64,000 nucleotides of DNA, taken from the NCBI GenBank assembly GCA_951406725.2, contig OX597827.1, forward strand, positions 83,514,001-83,578,000, written 5' to 3'. Below the pieces are notes generated by a model. That model was not told the DNA's origin. It saw only the letters and a program-made list of their open reading frames with translations, and searched no databases. Below are positions 38,301 through 51,969 of this stretch, one piece after another. Source of the stretch: Octopus vulgaris. Its lineage: Eukaryota. The translations under genes and the position numbers were made by a program. How positions within the stretch are numbered: position 1 is the first letter of the stretch; each line of letters begins with the position of its first letter.

Positions 38301-38809
38301 GCTGTTAATCATGTGTGTTCGCACAAGTAAGTCATACTTTATTTAATTTTATTTAATGGATGACTGTTATTATTAACAGGTGATAGTGTGCACTCTTAAA
38401 AAGCGAACACAGGCTATTGTACGATGGTTATTCTTTAATGAATGGCAGTTAAACACCGCAAGACGAATCGAGTCATGAAAATACACAAAAAAGGTACACA
38501 AATTCCAATGAACAAAACTGATAACACTTAAAAAGCGAACACTGGCTGGTTTACGATAATGGCCATTCTTATATGAATGGCTGCTTAACACCGCTAAGCA
38601 AATCAAAATACTTAGGAAATGTTGAGTCATGAAAATACACTAAACAGGCACATGAATTCCAACATGGATAACAACTCATGAATTTTATTCTGTTATTCCA
38701 ATTCGAATTGTTGAACCTCCACCACCCAAATCATGCATTTCAGTCCTTTATACAGCTTCAGACGGTTGATCGAATGGTTGGATGGCTGAATTTTCTATTA
38801 TAATATAGA
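35398..38809 (-). mobile_element. Helitron with both termini, degenerate PIF1 helicase, Rep domain deleted
   Basis: 5' end A|TCTATATTATAATAG at 38809 and 3' end AGCCGCAAAGTGGCTGG|T. Motifs are [44 protein letters not shown] and QLYVALSR. Confidence 0.92.
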
Positions 38810-38850
38810 TGGTTAGGGCTGTAAAAGCCAGCTACTAAGCTTATTATATA

Positions 38851-39410
38851 CAGGATGTTTGGACTAAATCTGACATTTTTTTTTGTTTCCTCTTTTCAGA
38901 AACAGCATAATGTATTAGTGAACAATCAACAGCATTGGAAAGCATAAATATTAAAATTGTAGTTCAGAAAATGTTAGCTGACATGGAAAACTAGAAGCCA
39001 TCTGAATATTGGCATATCACAATGATTTGCTCTAGGTGTCAAAATGCTGACATCGTGAGTACTGCTTAGTGCTCTGTAAACACTGTAAAGGCTGTAAGAC
39101 ATGACATGGACAACATGAAGATCAAGTCCCTCCAAACTGTGATGGTCTTTGGGCATGTTTCCAGTGAGAACAACGTCATGCCAATCGACGTCCTTAGGCT
39201 CAATGGCCATGTGAAGCTGCTGAAGACTGGTCAATCCCTGGCTGGAAAGGGTTGCTATTGGAAGTTCATATGTGTGGCTGCAGGATTCAGCACCTTGCCA
39301 TCTCCAGATAGTCGGACAATGTGAGGGAGGCTCATGTTCACATATCATCAAGTCTATCTCTTTTCTGATGCTCTGTGAGGATCTTTCAATTTTGTAGCCC
39401 CAATGAAATT
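38851..39410 (+). mobile_element. Tc1/mariner (maT/DD37D-like) deleted remnant
   Basis: Starts TA|CAGGATG and translates VMVFGHVSSENNVMP and VWLQDSAPCH. Confidence 0.65.
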
Positions 39411-39464
39411 CCTTACACATATACATACACACACACAGACATACACTCAGCAGCATTATAGATA

Positions 39465-41082
39465 TAGTGGGCCATTTAATTTAAGAACGCTAGTATACTA
39501 ATGTTAAAATGGCATTTTTTTATATATTCAAGTTGTAAATGGTGAATTAAGGTGTATATCAAAATAGAGAAAATTTCACAAGCTTTAATATGATATACAA
39601 CTTTACAGCATAGCAGCAACATATCAATTTTAAATTAAAAACAAACTTTATTTTGCATAATCTATGTCGCCACTTAATTTAAGAACAATTCGCAAAGTTT
39701 CATTTTTTTTTGCCAAATTGACTAACATAAAGGTAGGGTAAATTCCACACCGTTACAATTTTTAAGTTACTTAATAGTTGTGATGGGTAAGAGACAAAAC
39801 TTAACATCAGAAACCAGAGTGAGGATCGTTCAGCTTAGTAGGCTGAAATGGTCATATAACGCTATTTCAAAATAAGTTGGATGTTCTAAAACAGCCGTCT
39901 ACAATGCTGTCCATCTTTATAAAGAAACTAATCATTATAAAGCCCGCTCTCGACCTGGGTAACCAAGAAAAACAATGGCAAGAATGGATAGATACATTCA
40001 TAGACCGTCCCTAAAAAAAAACCAAAAATGACTGCTGATGACATTTTAAAAGAAATTTGGCAAAAATATGGACTTACCACTGGAATGTCCACCATAAAAA
40101 ACCATCTCAAAGAATTTGGACTTCTATGAAGAGTCTCTCGCAAAAAGTCATACATTTCTTTAAAAAATCGACGTCCTCAAATACAGTTTGCAAAAGAGCA
40201 TTTGAATTGGAGTCCAACAGATTGCTCAAATGTGCTGTAATCAGATGAGTCAAAGTTCAACTTGTTCAGCAATGATGGCAAGAAGTATGCAAGAAGGTGT
40301 ATAGGCAAAGAATATCATCCAGAATGCATCCAACCTACAATTAAACATGGTGGAAGTGTAATGGTGTTGGGGTGCATGTCTAAAAAAGGCATTAGTCCTA
40401 TAGTCTGAATCAAGGGCATTATGGGTAGTAAGATCTATCTAGAAATATTGGATAAGACTATGCTTCCATACATCCGAAAGCATTTGGGCTGATCTTGGAC
40501 TTTCCAGCATGACAACGACCCAAAACACACCTTGCACCTAGTCAGAGAGTACATTAATTCTAAGAGAGTTCAGTCGATGCAGTGGCTGGTGCAGTCACCC
40601 AACCTAAATCCCATCAAAAATCTTTGGGAAAAGTTGAGTAGAGCTGTGCAAAGTAGTAAACCAAAGAATAAGGATAATTTTTTTAACATTAGCCAAAATT
40701 GGGAAAAAATCTCAGGAACAGTGATAAATGAGCTGATTCTGTTTCACAGATGCAAAACTGTATAAAGTAATTTTGGATACCCAACCAAATACTGATTGTG
40801 TGAGCTTATCATTGTTTTATTTTTTTATTTATCTCAGAATAAATTTTTTAAAGCAAAAAAGTAAAATTTTACAAATCATTCTTAAATTAAATGGTGCTAT
40901 AAATTACGGTAATTAAGATTTATTTTTAATTTAAAATACGTTGATGTCATGCTGTAAAATTGTATATGTGAAATTTTCTTCATTTTGATAAACATCTTAA
41001 TTCACAATTTACAACTTGAATATATAAAAAATGCCATTTTAACATTAGTATATGAGCATTCTTAAATTAAATGGCACCATTG
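39465..41082 (+). mobile_element. Tc1 (DD34E) transposon, full length, long IR/DR-type TIRs, inactivated transposase
   Basis: ~230-bp TIRs each carry a repeated TTAATTTAAGAA site, flanked by TA. The disrupted ORF at 39783-40795 has SDESKFNLF, FQHDNDPKHT and QSPNLNPIKNLW. Confidence 0.93.
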
Positions 41083-41264
41083 TATACAGAGAAAGAGTGA
41101 AAGAGAGTGTGGTAAAGATATCTTAATCATATGAAGATTACATTGTCATTAAAGAGTCCCAAGTTAACTCCCTGAAAACATAGTTTGAAAATCCTACCAC
41201 AAACTGCTTGAAGCTTACAAACCTCCTACACTTAGATTCTTATATAGATACATACATACACATC

Positions 41265-43315
41265 TTCATCTTCATCATCATTTAATGTCCGTTTTCAATG
41301 CTGGCATGGGTTGGATGTTTTGACAGAAACTGACCAGCTGAAGGACTGTTCAGGCTCCATGTCTGTTTTGGCATGGTTTCTATGGCGGGATGCCCTTCCT
41401 AACACCAACCACTTTACAGAGTGTACAAGGTGCTTTTTACATGGCATTAGCACTTACAAGCCAGCAAGTTTAGAGATGCTCAGCTAGAGAGGATTGAAGG
41501 GTACAAGCCTGTATGCAAGAACAACCACGCTTTTAGCATGACCTGTCTTTTCAAGCACAGCAAACCACCAAGAGTCTCAGCCCCATGTCCTCCTCTCTGT
41601 GAGTTCCAACATTTGTAGATCCTTTCTCACCACTTTGTCCACGTCTTCCTCAGTTTACCCCTTCTACATGTTTCTTCTACAATTAGAGATCAGCACCTCT
41701 TTATGCAACTGTCTCTGTTCATATGCATTACATGGCCATACCAGCACAGTCTTCTCTCTTGTGCACTACATTTGATGTTATGTATACCCAGTTTTTCTCT
41801 CAAATCATCTACACTCTGTTGTATATGCACACTGACATTACCCATCCAGCAAAGCATACTGGCTTTGTTTCTTTCAAGTTTTCACATCTCCTCAGTAGTC
41901 ACAGCCCATGTCTCACTGCAATGTAGCATAGCAGTCCAATCTACCTTTCACTCTGAGAGAGAGGCCCTTCATTACTAACAGAGGTAGTAGCTCTCTGAAC
42001 TTCGCTCAGCCTATTCTTATTCTAGCAGCTATGTTTTCAGAACAACCACTCCCACAACTAACAGAAACTATCTACTACTTCTTGGGATCCTCCCAGGCAT
42101 ACAAGGGAGGCCATTTTTTGTACATTCCTGGTGTCTAATGTAGGTGTACATCTGCCACATATAAAGACTACTTTCTCCATTAGTCATCCAATAATTCCGC
42201 TGCACCTCTTTATGTGTCCATAGCTTGCACTGAGTACACCTGATGGAGTTTCTCCTGACACCTTTTCTACATATCGAGCAGGACCATCTCCCAGAAGGTA
42301 CCTGCAATTTGTCTACTTTGGTCCTGATTCAGACCTTGCTTCCACACCTGAAATTTTTTCCTTAGTTCTAGTAGTGATTCAGCAATAAGAACAAGATCAT
42401 CAGCTTAGAGGAGCTCTCAGGGGCAGCCAGTCTTGAATTCCTCTGTTATAGTCGGGGGGGGCATAATAAATAAGAGGGAGCTAAGAACCAAACCCTAATG
42501 GACTCTTACTTCTACACTAAACTCCTTGCTATACTCATTAGCGATTCTCACCTTACTAACGACATTCCTGTACATGGCTGGCACACCTCTCACTAACCAC
42601 TCATCTATCTGTAGCTTCTACATTGCCCACCATATGAGGGAGCAGGGGACCCTATCAAAGGCTTTCTCCATGTCAACAAAAGCCAGAAACAGAGGTTTAT
42701 TTGTGGCTAAGTATTTCTCCTGCAGTTGCCTCATCAGGAAGATAGCATTGGTGGTGCTTTTCCCTGACACAAATCCAAACTGCATCTCATCTATGCAAAC
42801 TTTCTTCCTAACTGACTGAGCTGTGACTCTTTCTGCAACTTTCATCACCTGGTCCAGCAATATGATACCTCTGTAATTATTTTCATCTCGGGCATCACCA
42901 TTGCCTTTATAGCAATTGACTATAATGCTGCTACTCCAATCATTGGATATGATTCCCTTGTGGGCAACCTGATTAACTATACAAGCAACCAGGTTATATC
43001 CCACCTCGCCAGAGATTTTAAGCATCCCAGCAGTGAGTGCCGATGGGCCAGAGGTTTTCCCAGTCTTCATATCCTTAACTACTTTATCTACTAAGCAACT
43101 GTCAATTTAAATAGCCGGCCCCACTGTTGGGTCCACAATGGGCAGGCACTCTTTCTCCCATGCATTCTCTACATTTAGCAGCCTTTCATAGTGACACTTT
43201 CAGGTCCCCTTTGCAGAATCACTAACTGCAAGTGAGCCATCATCCATGATTTTCCCTGACAATCTGAAACACTTTGAGACTTTGATCCTCAGGACGCAAA
43301 ACATTGGCAAACTTC
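41265..43315 (-). mobile_element. RTE-clade LINE, 5'-truncated
   Basis: ORF 42618-43070 NYRGIILLD...FVDMEKAFDRVP, with a 3' tail at 41265-41450. Confidence 0.92.
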
Positions 43316-43344
43316 CTCATACACACATAAATAAATACATTTTA

Positions 43345-43524
43345 CCATTTACTTGTTTCATTCATTAGACAGCAATCACGCTGGAGCACTGTTGAAGAAT
43401 TTCAATCCTATTTTCTTTTTAAGCCTGCTACTAATTCCACGGGTCTTTTTTTGCTGAAGCGCTAAGTTATAGGGACATAAAGACACCAAACTTGTCAAGG
43501 GTGGGGAAACAAACACAGACATAG

Positions 43525-43545
<21 letters not shown>
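43345..43545 (-). mobile_element. 3' module of the CORE-type SINE
   Basis: Matches 10795-11000. Confidence 0.7.
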
Positions 43546-43585
<40 letters not shown>

Positions 43586-43603
43586 CCTAACCCCCTTTAC
43601 CTT

Positions 43604-43649
<46 letters not shown>

Positions 43650-45600
43650 GCGCGCATGCACACACGATTGTCAGTAAGGTATATATGTCTAGCAATCAAT
43701 CACTACCTCAAACGTCCCTATTTCGCCACATTGAATCCAGGTAAAAAAAAAAACCAGAAAGTCACGGTAATAAAGTCAAAGGGGTTTTGTCCGGGAGCGG
43801 GGGGTTGTCGGAGGGTGTTTTGTCCAGATCCCATAAATTGTGACTTTATGACAGGCCATCATAAACACTTTTATTAAACTACTGAAAGCAAGTGAGAAGG
43901 AAATAAAGACCGACATTTACCTGTCGTCTGGTCACTCTGTGAAACTTCTCTTCTTAGACATTCAACGAAAATTTCAAGAAAATATAAATTTCTTTCATCA
44001 TAAACCGTTTTTCTTGAATAACTGTTTATAATTATTAAGAAATGGCAACAAGCTTCTGGTAATTAAAATCGTAGAAAATGTCTTGATTGGTTTTGTGTTG
44101 GTCGCTGGCTCAAAGACGTCAATGGCCTGGAATTGTCAGAAAAGAACGCTCGGCACTGTTTCATTTTAATCGACATGAATAGATGTTATTTTTTTTCATT
44201 CTGTAGCTTCTTCTTCTGTCGGAAATACTGAACTTGCAAATGTTTTCTCGGAAATATTTCATCGTCAGTTGACGCAAGTCGACATCAGACACCAACATTT
44301 TGTCTCAGCCAGACACTTTTGATGCTTCGGTTAACTCCGTATGACCGTGATATCTATTTTCTTTTTTCTTCAATGATATTCTCATAAATTCATTTTATAC
44401 TTTTAACAAAGGAATTTTTTTAGAAACTAATAATATTACATATTCATCATTTTTTTAAAATTACTAACAAAAAATAATCTCAATCCAGTGACCGTTTCAT
44501 CGTAAATTGCTTTCCCAATTAAAAGTTAATTATGAAATCATTTATTTTCGAAATTTATATCATTATATCTATATCATCATAAATATTAATATCTTTAATA
44601 ATTCTCTGATAAAAATGGCACTTAATAAGAATTGCATCTATAATAGAAAAACTTATATAAAGTTATAACTTTATATAGGCAGCCCTGTTTGGGGAAAAGG
44701 TCATTGTATTTGTTTTTTGTTTCGTTTTTTTTTTTTCTGTAATTTCTTTGTCAGAAGAGGAAAATTAGTGTCCATGACCCTTTTCTAGAATCTCTGTGAC
44801 CAGTCGGAAGAAGGGTCATGGCTATCTTCCGACCAAACAACAGATAGTACCAAATTAAAAACATAAGGATCAGTTGATGATGACAAGTCTGTCATTAAGA
44901 CCAGGAATCTTCCTTCTAATGGGTTTCCACACAGATTTCCTTCATAATACTTTGATAGATGACAGAAGACCGCAGCTGTACCACATAGTGGGATCGAACC
45001 AATGAATTTAGTCATTGACGTTTATATAGCATCACTACAGAATAATCGTTCTTTTCTTGCGGTCGACGAGCGGCCCTTGGTGGCATCCATGTTATATTTA
45101 CCTGCGAACTCAAAACGTAAAGAACCGACTTAAATACCGCAAAATTATTTCGTCGACGTTCTAAAAATTCAGCCAATTCTTCTGGATTGTTTTATCAAAG
45201 GATGAAACATTAAGATGACTTCAACGAGTTTGAACTCAGGACGTATAGGGCTGGAGTAAATCCCACAAAGCAATTTGTTCGATTCCCTTACTGTGTAGAG
45301 TCTTTTTCGTATATATATATATTCTATATTATAGAACTATTACTATATAGCACTCGTCATCTTTCTTTTTCTCTCTTTTTCTTTTCTTTTTACGTACTGG
45401 ACATCGAACAACGATTAATGTTTCGTTTTATGATGCCGATAGTGAAACCACAGAAGTGTGAAAAATCGTCATTTGCTGGGAAACGAAAGAATCGTTTTCC
45501 TTGAAATGAAATATAAAGTATACAAATAAAACGATAATAGTAAAATACGATTTTTAATGAAGGGCTTTTGATTTATTACATCATCATTTAACGTCCGTTG
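43650..45600. promoter_or_regulatory. CpG-retaining zone, candidate promoter with a minus-strand first exon ending at 43921
   Basis: About 14 CpG in 44041-44350 against strong CpG depletion in most of the window. The minus-strand donor is ACGACAG|GTAAAT at 43921/43920. Confidence 0.45.
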
Positions 45601-45930
45601 TCCATGCTGGCATGAGTTGAACGGTTTGACCAGGGCTGGCAAGCTAGAAGGCTGCACCAGACTCCAGTCTGATTTGACATGGTTTCTACAGCTGGATGCC
45701 CTTCCTAACACCAACCACTCCAAAAGTGTAATGGGTGTGATTTTGCTTGGCTTGATGTGTTTTTGTTTTTTTTCTCAAGCACAACATAATGCCAAAGGTC
45801 TTGGTCATTGCCTTCGAGAGGCCCAACACTCAAAAGGTATTTTTTATGTTCCACTGGCACAGGGGCCAGTTACAGGATGCCAGCATCAACCACGACTACA
45901 ATTTCACTTGGTTTGACGGGTCTTCTCATA
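45578..45930 (-). mobile_element. RTE 3' tail fragment
   Basis: CATCATTTAACGTCCG...GCTGGATGCCCTTCCTAACACCAACC. Confidence 0.8.
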
Positions 45931-46028
45931 CATTTTATAAAATATTGAACTAAAATATGAGAATAAGACAGGATAATACTGTGGAAAGTATTTAACAAAT
46001 CATGAAAAACATTTCCTTTGTGTGACTG

Positions 46029-46760
46029 TCAATAAGTCAATTCTTGCAAATATGTGTAAAAAAAAAGCTGGTCTAATATGTCATTTATGGCCCAATATTT
46101 GCTTCTTACATGACTCCATGTTCTTTCAGTTGTGTTTCTCTGGCTTAAAACATCTCTTGCATCTTCCAAATAAAGGCTGAGATTTACAGTTATCGTGAAT
46201 TTGGCAACCATTGATAAATCCAGCAGCAATCAGTTTTAACATATATACCAGGCTATATGTGATCAATGATCATTGGCAATGCTATCTCAGCATTTCAATC
46301 AAGAAGAAGCACAAGGACACTTTTAAGGCTGCTCTTGTGTCTCATTATGCCAAGAAAGCAGGGCTCTTCTTAATAATAATAACTACAATATAGTATATGA
46401 ATTCTCCCTCATCTTTCTCTGTAGTTGAACCATTTCTACCAATTTCTACAGAAAGGTCAATACACATCACTTAGTATAAAATCGTTACACTAATTAACTA
46501 ATACTTCTCTTCTGACACCACTCTGTTCCAAAACAATATATTGTTTACACTCACCTGCTGCCAACCAATATATGAGTTTCTACAACACGAGCCAGGGGGA
46601 TATGAGATAATACTTACAAACACAACCCCTCAAAACTTTTCTGTTTGAACATGTATGGTGATTTGCCAAATGGAATGGCTCATTACAACCATGTCACTGG
46701 ATTATTAATTAATCCCAATAATGCAAGAAAGTTAATTATTCTTTAGCTGGAAGATTGTGC
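46029..46760 (-). mobile_element. Probable Merlin (IS1016/ISXO2-like) DNA transposon remnant
   Basis: Minus strand across frameshifts reads SVEIG, LGIM, D*NAEIALPMIIDHI*PGIYVKTDC, TVNLSLYLED, NTTERTWSHVR and YLQELTY. Confidence 0.55.
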
Positions 46761-47808
46761 CTCTGGCCCTATTAATACAAATCTTGTTTCTTGTGAGTTT
46801 CATGTAAAATTATGGAAATAATACCAAAAATGATCTTTCAATTAACAGTGACACTTTATTCTTCAGCTAAATAAAATTATACAAATAAAAATACATTACA
46901 AAGAAATGTGGATTGTAGAAAATCATTCATAGATGGCTTTTCAAACTCAGTTGAACTTGGTTACCCATACTTCAACAGGAATGAAAATAATAATGTGACA
47001 TAACTTCCTGAAAACAAATTCTCCTCTCTGATAAAATGAAAAACTTCATGCTATTTATGAACAAAAAATGGCTCAAACAAACATTTAGAATTTGCTGTGT
47101 TTGCTGGCTTGTTGCGCAATGTGATTGCATATGCACTCTGTATCCCATATAAAACTAGACCAATCCAAATGCCTGACTCAACAAAGTATTTCAGTGTCAC
47201 AGGAATGGTTGCATAACCAATCATTAGAGACTTTTGTGTTAAGCCATTTTCAGAGAAAGTCTAAACATGCAATTATAAAATTAGTCTCCCTACAATTCTT
47301 CCACTATTTCTCATATTATAAATATCCAGTTGGACATAATTCCTTTCAGTCAACACTCCTCAATGATGATCAGGCCAAACACAATTCTTGCAAGTGTTTC
47401 TTATATGAAAACGATCAACTTTTTCTTTTGACTTAAATTCCAAATAAAAGCATTCGGTTTCATTTGTTCCTTAGTTTTTCTGAAGTAATACAGAATGTTA
47501 TTTTATTAAAACCATTTCAGCTGACTTCAGTGGTTTCACTTTCTGGATCAGACAATGTAACAAATAATTGTATTTCACATGGAAAGTTTAAAAAACTGTT
47601 TTAAATTACAAAATTTAGTAAAAATGTTATGAAAATTATTGTTTATTTTATTTTATTATTGTTTCATTACTATTTACTTTATTATTATTGGTTTTATGAT
47701 TAATAATATATTTTCAAGATGTTCACATCCAAAATTTTTATTTTACAGAATCTACAGTATTCTAGATACCGTTTGTCATGCATCTGGAATGGCATACTAG
47801 TTAAGAAC

Positions 47809-49110
47809 CAAATCTGGCCACCAAACTGTTAATCCATTAATGGTTAATTAATAAAGTTAACATTTTCATTAACAATTTAACTTACAAGTTAATTTTGGAA
47901 ATCATAATCACACTAATTAATTTCTGTTACATTTAACTTCCGTTAACTCAAGTTCACTTGGTTAAATTTCTGTTAACTTAAGTTGCTGTGATGATCTTTA
48001 GGCTCAAGGACTTGAAGTCCAAGGGCCTCGTCTACTGCAGCCCCTTGGTTGATGCATTTTTGGCAGGCATCGACAAAAGGTTTTGGACCCTCCTGGAGGA
48101 TGAAGAATGCCAGCTGGCTGCTACCTTCCACCCCAGGTTTCACCTCATCTGGTTGGATAAGTATGGATATGGCCGCCAAGGTGAGAAAAAGCATGGAAGG
48201 TAAGATCAAGGAGGCCATAAGACAGCAGTCTGACAAAGTGAACAGCAACAAAGAGGAGGAGGATGACTTCAATGGTGTCACCCAACCAAAAGAGAGCAGC
48301 AGGAGCCACAGGTCACTCAAAGACAAGGCCCAGAATTTGGTCAAGACCTGGTTAGAAACTAACTCCAAGGACTTGGTGGCATATGCTGTCTTCTTGGGTG
48401 AGCAAGTGTTGGTGGACTTGTTCATCAAGTTCGACACAGCCATCCCCTCTAGTGCTGCAGTGGAGTGTTTGTTCTCTATGGCAAGGACATCTTGAGGACC
48501 AAGAGATCATCCCTTTCTCATGAAAACTTTGACATACTAATTTTCATGAAGGGCAACATGCATCACATGAACTAAATGGAGAACGAGAAAAGGAAAAATT
48601 AAATTATGTCTATATTGTACTTTTCATTTTGTTTTTACAACCAGTTTGTCAATAAACTTTTTTACTTTAATACGAATATTGTGTTTCATTTGAGTTTTTT
48701 TTTTTTACTCTTTTCTGGCTCTAAAAGCCTTTAAAACCCTAAAAAAGAGCCAAAACTAGGAAATCAGCCATTTTAGGTCTTTTAAAAGTTAAAAATATAA
48801 AATCAGCATTTTTTAACTATAAAGCAAAAAAAAAAACTACAGTTTTTGGGTTCTAAAGCCCTTAAAAGGGCCAAAAAAAGGGCTGATTTTATAGTTTTGG
48901 CACATTTTAAATGTTTTTAGGTGGTTTTAGAGCAAAAACTGATTTTTTTTTTTGCTTTTTCTATAATAAAAATTAACATTAACAGTTTTTCGATAACTTC
49001 CATTACATTTTTAAAGAATTAACTGATTAACTGTTATTGAAGTTAACTTTTTGGTTAACAGATTAAACGGTTAACAAAGTTAACTTTTCAATTAACGGTG
49101 CCCATTTTTG
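47809..49110 (+). mobile_element. hAT transposon, internally deleted, with 8-bp TSD
   Basis: TTAAGAAC occurs at 47801-47808 and 49111-49118, with GTTAA-rich subtermini. It codes AATFHPRF and LFIKFDTAIPSSAAVECLFS (hAT dimerisation domain). Confidence 0.92.
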
Positions 49111-49650
49111 TTAAGAACCAATGCTATATCATTGCTCCACCTGCTAAAAATATCACCCAAATCTTTCTCAGATCACATCCTAACTTCTTAACAAAGCAAA
49201 AGCACATTGAATAATATATTCCCAGATGTACAAAGACAGAGCAATCTTCATGTTTATTGTCCCACACAAATATATTTTCATTTTCTTGTATTTGGTTTTA
49301 ATTCTCATATGGACAACAAATAAAGGGATTGTTGATGAAAAGTAATTTAATTGTCCAAATGCTAATTTATTACATAATACTGGGTGATTCGCCATATAAT
49401 GACACATTTTCATTTTTGAAAACTTTTATACTTAAATAATCCTTTGTTGGAACAGTGGATCCCTAATACAAACACTAATACAACAAAAGACTGCAACCAG
49501 ACTCCATAAAAAAAAAAAAATGACGCAATAGCGGGAAGAGTTTGCACTCTCCCAGCAACAAAAGAACGCACAATACTGCCTACACTCCAGCATCACAGAG
49601 ATTTAGCAGGTGCTAAAGGGGAAATTTTCTTGAAACTACCCAGTGTTTAA

Positions 49651-49694
<44 letters not shown>

Positions 49695-49695
<1 letters not shown>

Positions 49696-51153
49696 CATTT
49701 ACTGCCTACTCTCCATGCTGGTATGGGGTGGATGGTTTGACATGGAGCTGGCAAACTGGGAGATGTCCAGACTGTTGTGGCATGGTTTCTATGGCTGGAT
49801 GCTTTTTATGTGCCACCAGCACAGGTGCAATTATGTAGCACCAGCACATGTGTTAATGCAGCACCAGTCCATGTGCATCGACACAGCACCAGCATGGGTG
49901 GGTTAACTCAGCACCAGCCCCAGTGCCTTTGAAGTGGCACCAGCAGCTGGAAAGACCAACCTGTAAGTGTGGAAGACAGCAATTTTACTTAGCTTGATGC
50001 ATCTTATCAAGTACAGCAAATCACCACATCTCCTGGTCCCTTGTCACTTCCTCAGTGAGGCCCAGCAAGCGAAGATCCTTTCTCACCACTTTATCCCATG
50101 TCTTCCTGGGTCTACCCCTTCCACAAGTTCCCTCCACAATTAGAGCTCAGCACATCTTTACACAGCTCTCCTCATCCATATGCATGACATGACCAAACCA
50201 ACAGAGTCTTCTCTCTTGCTTCGTATACCGGTTTCCTTCTTTAATCATTTCCACTCTGTCATATGTGCACCCTGACATTACCCATCCAGCAGAGCATGCT
50301 ACTTTCAGTTCTTTCAAGCCTTCACAAGTCCTCTGTTGTCAAAGCCTATGTTTCACTGCCATGTAACATAACTGTATGTACACCGGCCTCATACAATCTG
50401 TCATTCACTCTGAGGACAAGGCCCTAGTTATCAACAAAGGTAGGAGCTCTCTGAACTTCATGCAGCCCGTTCCTATCCTAGCAACTACACTTTCAGAACT
50501 CTCTCCTCCACTGCTAACTTGGTCTCCTAGGCAAAGAAACTATTTACTACTTCTAATGATCCACCTGAGCATTTGAGTCTATTGTCTGCGTAATTTTAGT
50601 GCTTATTGTACCTGCGCATTTGTTACACACAAAGACTATATTCTCTATTAACCTTCCTTTGATACCCCTGCACCTCTTATGTGTCCAGGCCTTGTTTCCA
50701 CACCTGAAATTTCTTCTCTAGGTCATGTAGTAATTCAGTAATAAGAACAAGGTCATCAGTGTAGAGGAGCTCCCAGGGACAGCTGGTCTTGAATTCCTCC
50801 GTTAAAGCCTGGAAAACTGGAAGACTAAGATAAACAGGAAGGGGTTTGAGAACTGAGCCTTGGTGGACTCCTACCTGTACACTGAATTCATGGCTATACT
50901 CGTTGCCAACCTTCACCTTACTGGTAGCATCCCTGTACATGGCTTGTACTGCTCTCACTAACCAATCATCTATCCCTAGTTTCTGCATTGATCATCAGAT
51001 AAGGGAGCAGGGGACTCTGTCAAAGGCTTTCTCCATGTCAACAAAAGCCAGGTATAGAGGCTTATTTTTGGTTACATATTTCTCCTGCAGTTGCCTAACT
51101 AGGAATATAGCATCAGATATGCTCCTGCCTGACACAAATCCGAACTGCATCAA
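49695..51153 (-). mobile_element. RTE-clade LINE fragment
   Basis: ORFs 50995-51216 (MQFGFVSGRS...FVDMEKAFDRVP) and 50677-50988 (GVHQGS, LYTDDL). Confidence 0.9.
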
Positions 51154-51969
51154 CCTGTTGCTGCAATATCTAGCAGCCATGTGGGGTAGACATGTATCTC
51201 CTCTATAGCAAGACACCTGTACATTGTCCCTCTATCAAACTTAAGCCTTTCAACACCTTCCCCTCTCAAACACTTCCCACTTAGTAGTGGGAACTTTTTA
51301 CTTTCCCTTCTTCCCTGTTCTTTTTTTTATTTTGCAAGTTACACAGCCACTTGACCCCTTGACCCCTTGCCATGAAAAAACCTTTCAGTGCACTCTGTAA
51401 AGTGGTTGGTGTTAGGAAGGGCATGCAACCATGTCAAAGTTGATATTGGGGCTCAATGTGGCCTTATGGCTCACTAAATCCTGTCAAACCATTTAACCCA
51501 TGCCAGCATGGAAAGCAGATGTTAAATTTTGATGATGACACTAAATATGTGTGTGTGTGTGTGTTTGTGTGATTACATCATCATCATTATCATCATTTAA
51601 AGTCTGTTTTCCATCACTTGAATTTTTATAACTTTTTAGTAGTGATGGTATAGTCTAATGATTTACAAATTTTATCAGAAATTTAATTATTTTCAGGAAA
51701 TTTGTAAGATTAATCTAAATTTCGAAAGCACGCATTTCATGTTTAGTATTATTCTTTTCAATCAATAATTTCACCATTCTTTGCATTCATCTTCGGCTGA
51801 AATAATTTTTGAAGGCCCTCGATTGTCTTGACCTGTATTCTTCACAACTGGAATGTAACTGGAAAGGAAATTCTGAAAGGTCCAGAATTAAAGCATCAGC
51901 TGAGTTGATATCGGAACAGATAATGGTGCACTTTTGCTTTTACATCTATTACATCAAGATTAGAAAAGC

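Noticed and set aside
43581-43600. Telomeric repeat (ACCCTAACCC)
   Set aside because: Only about one unit is present, which is not an array.
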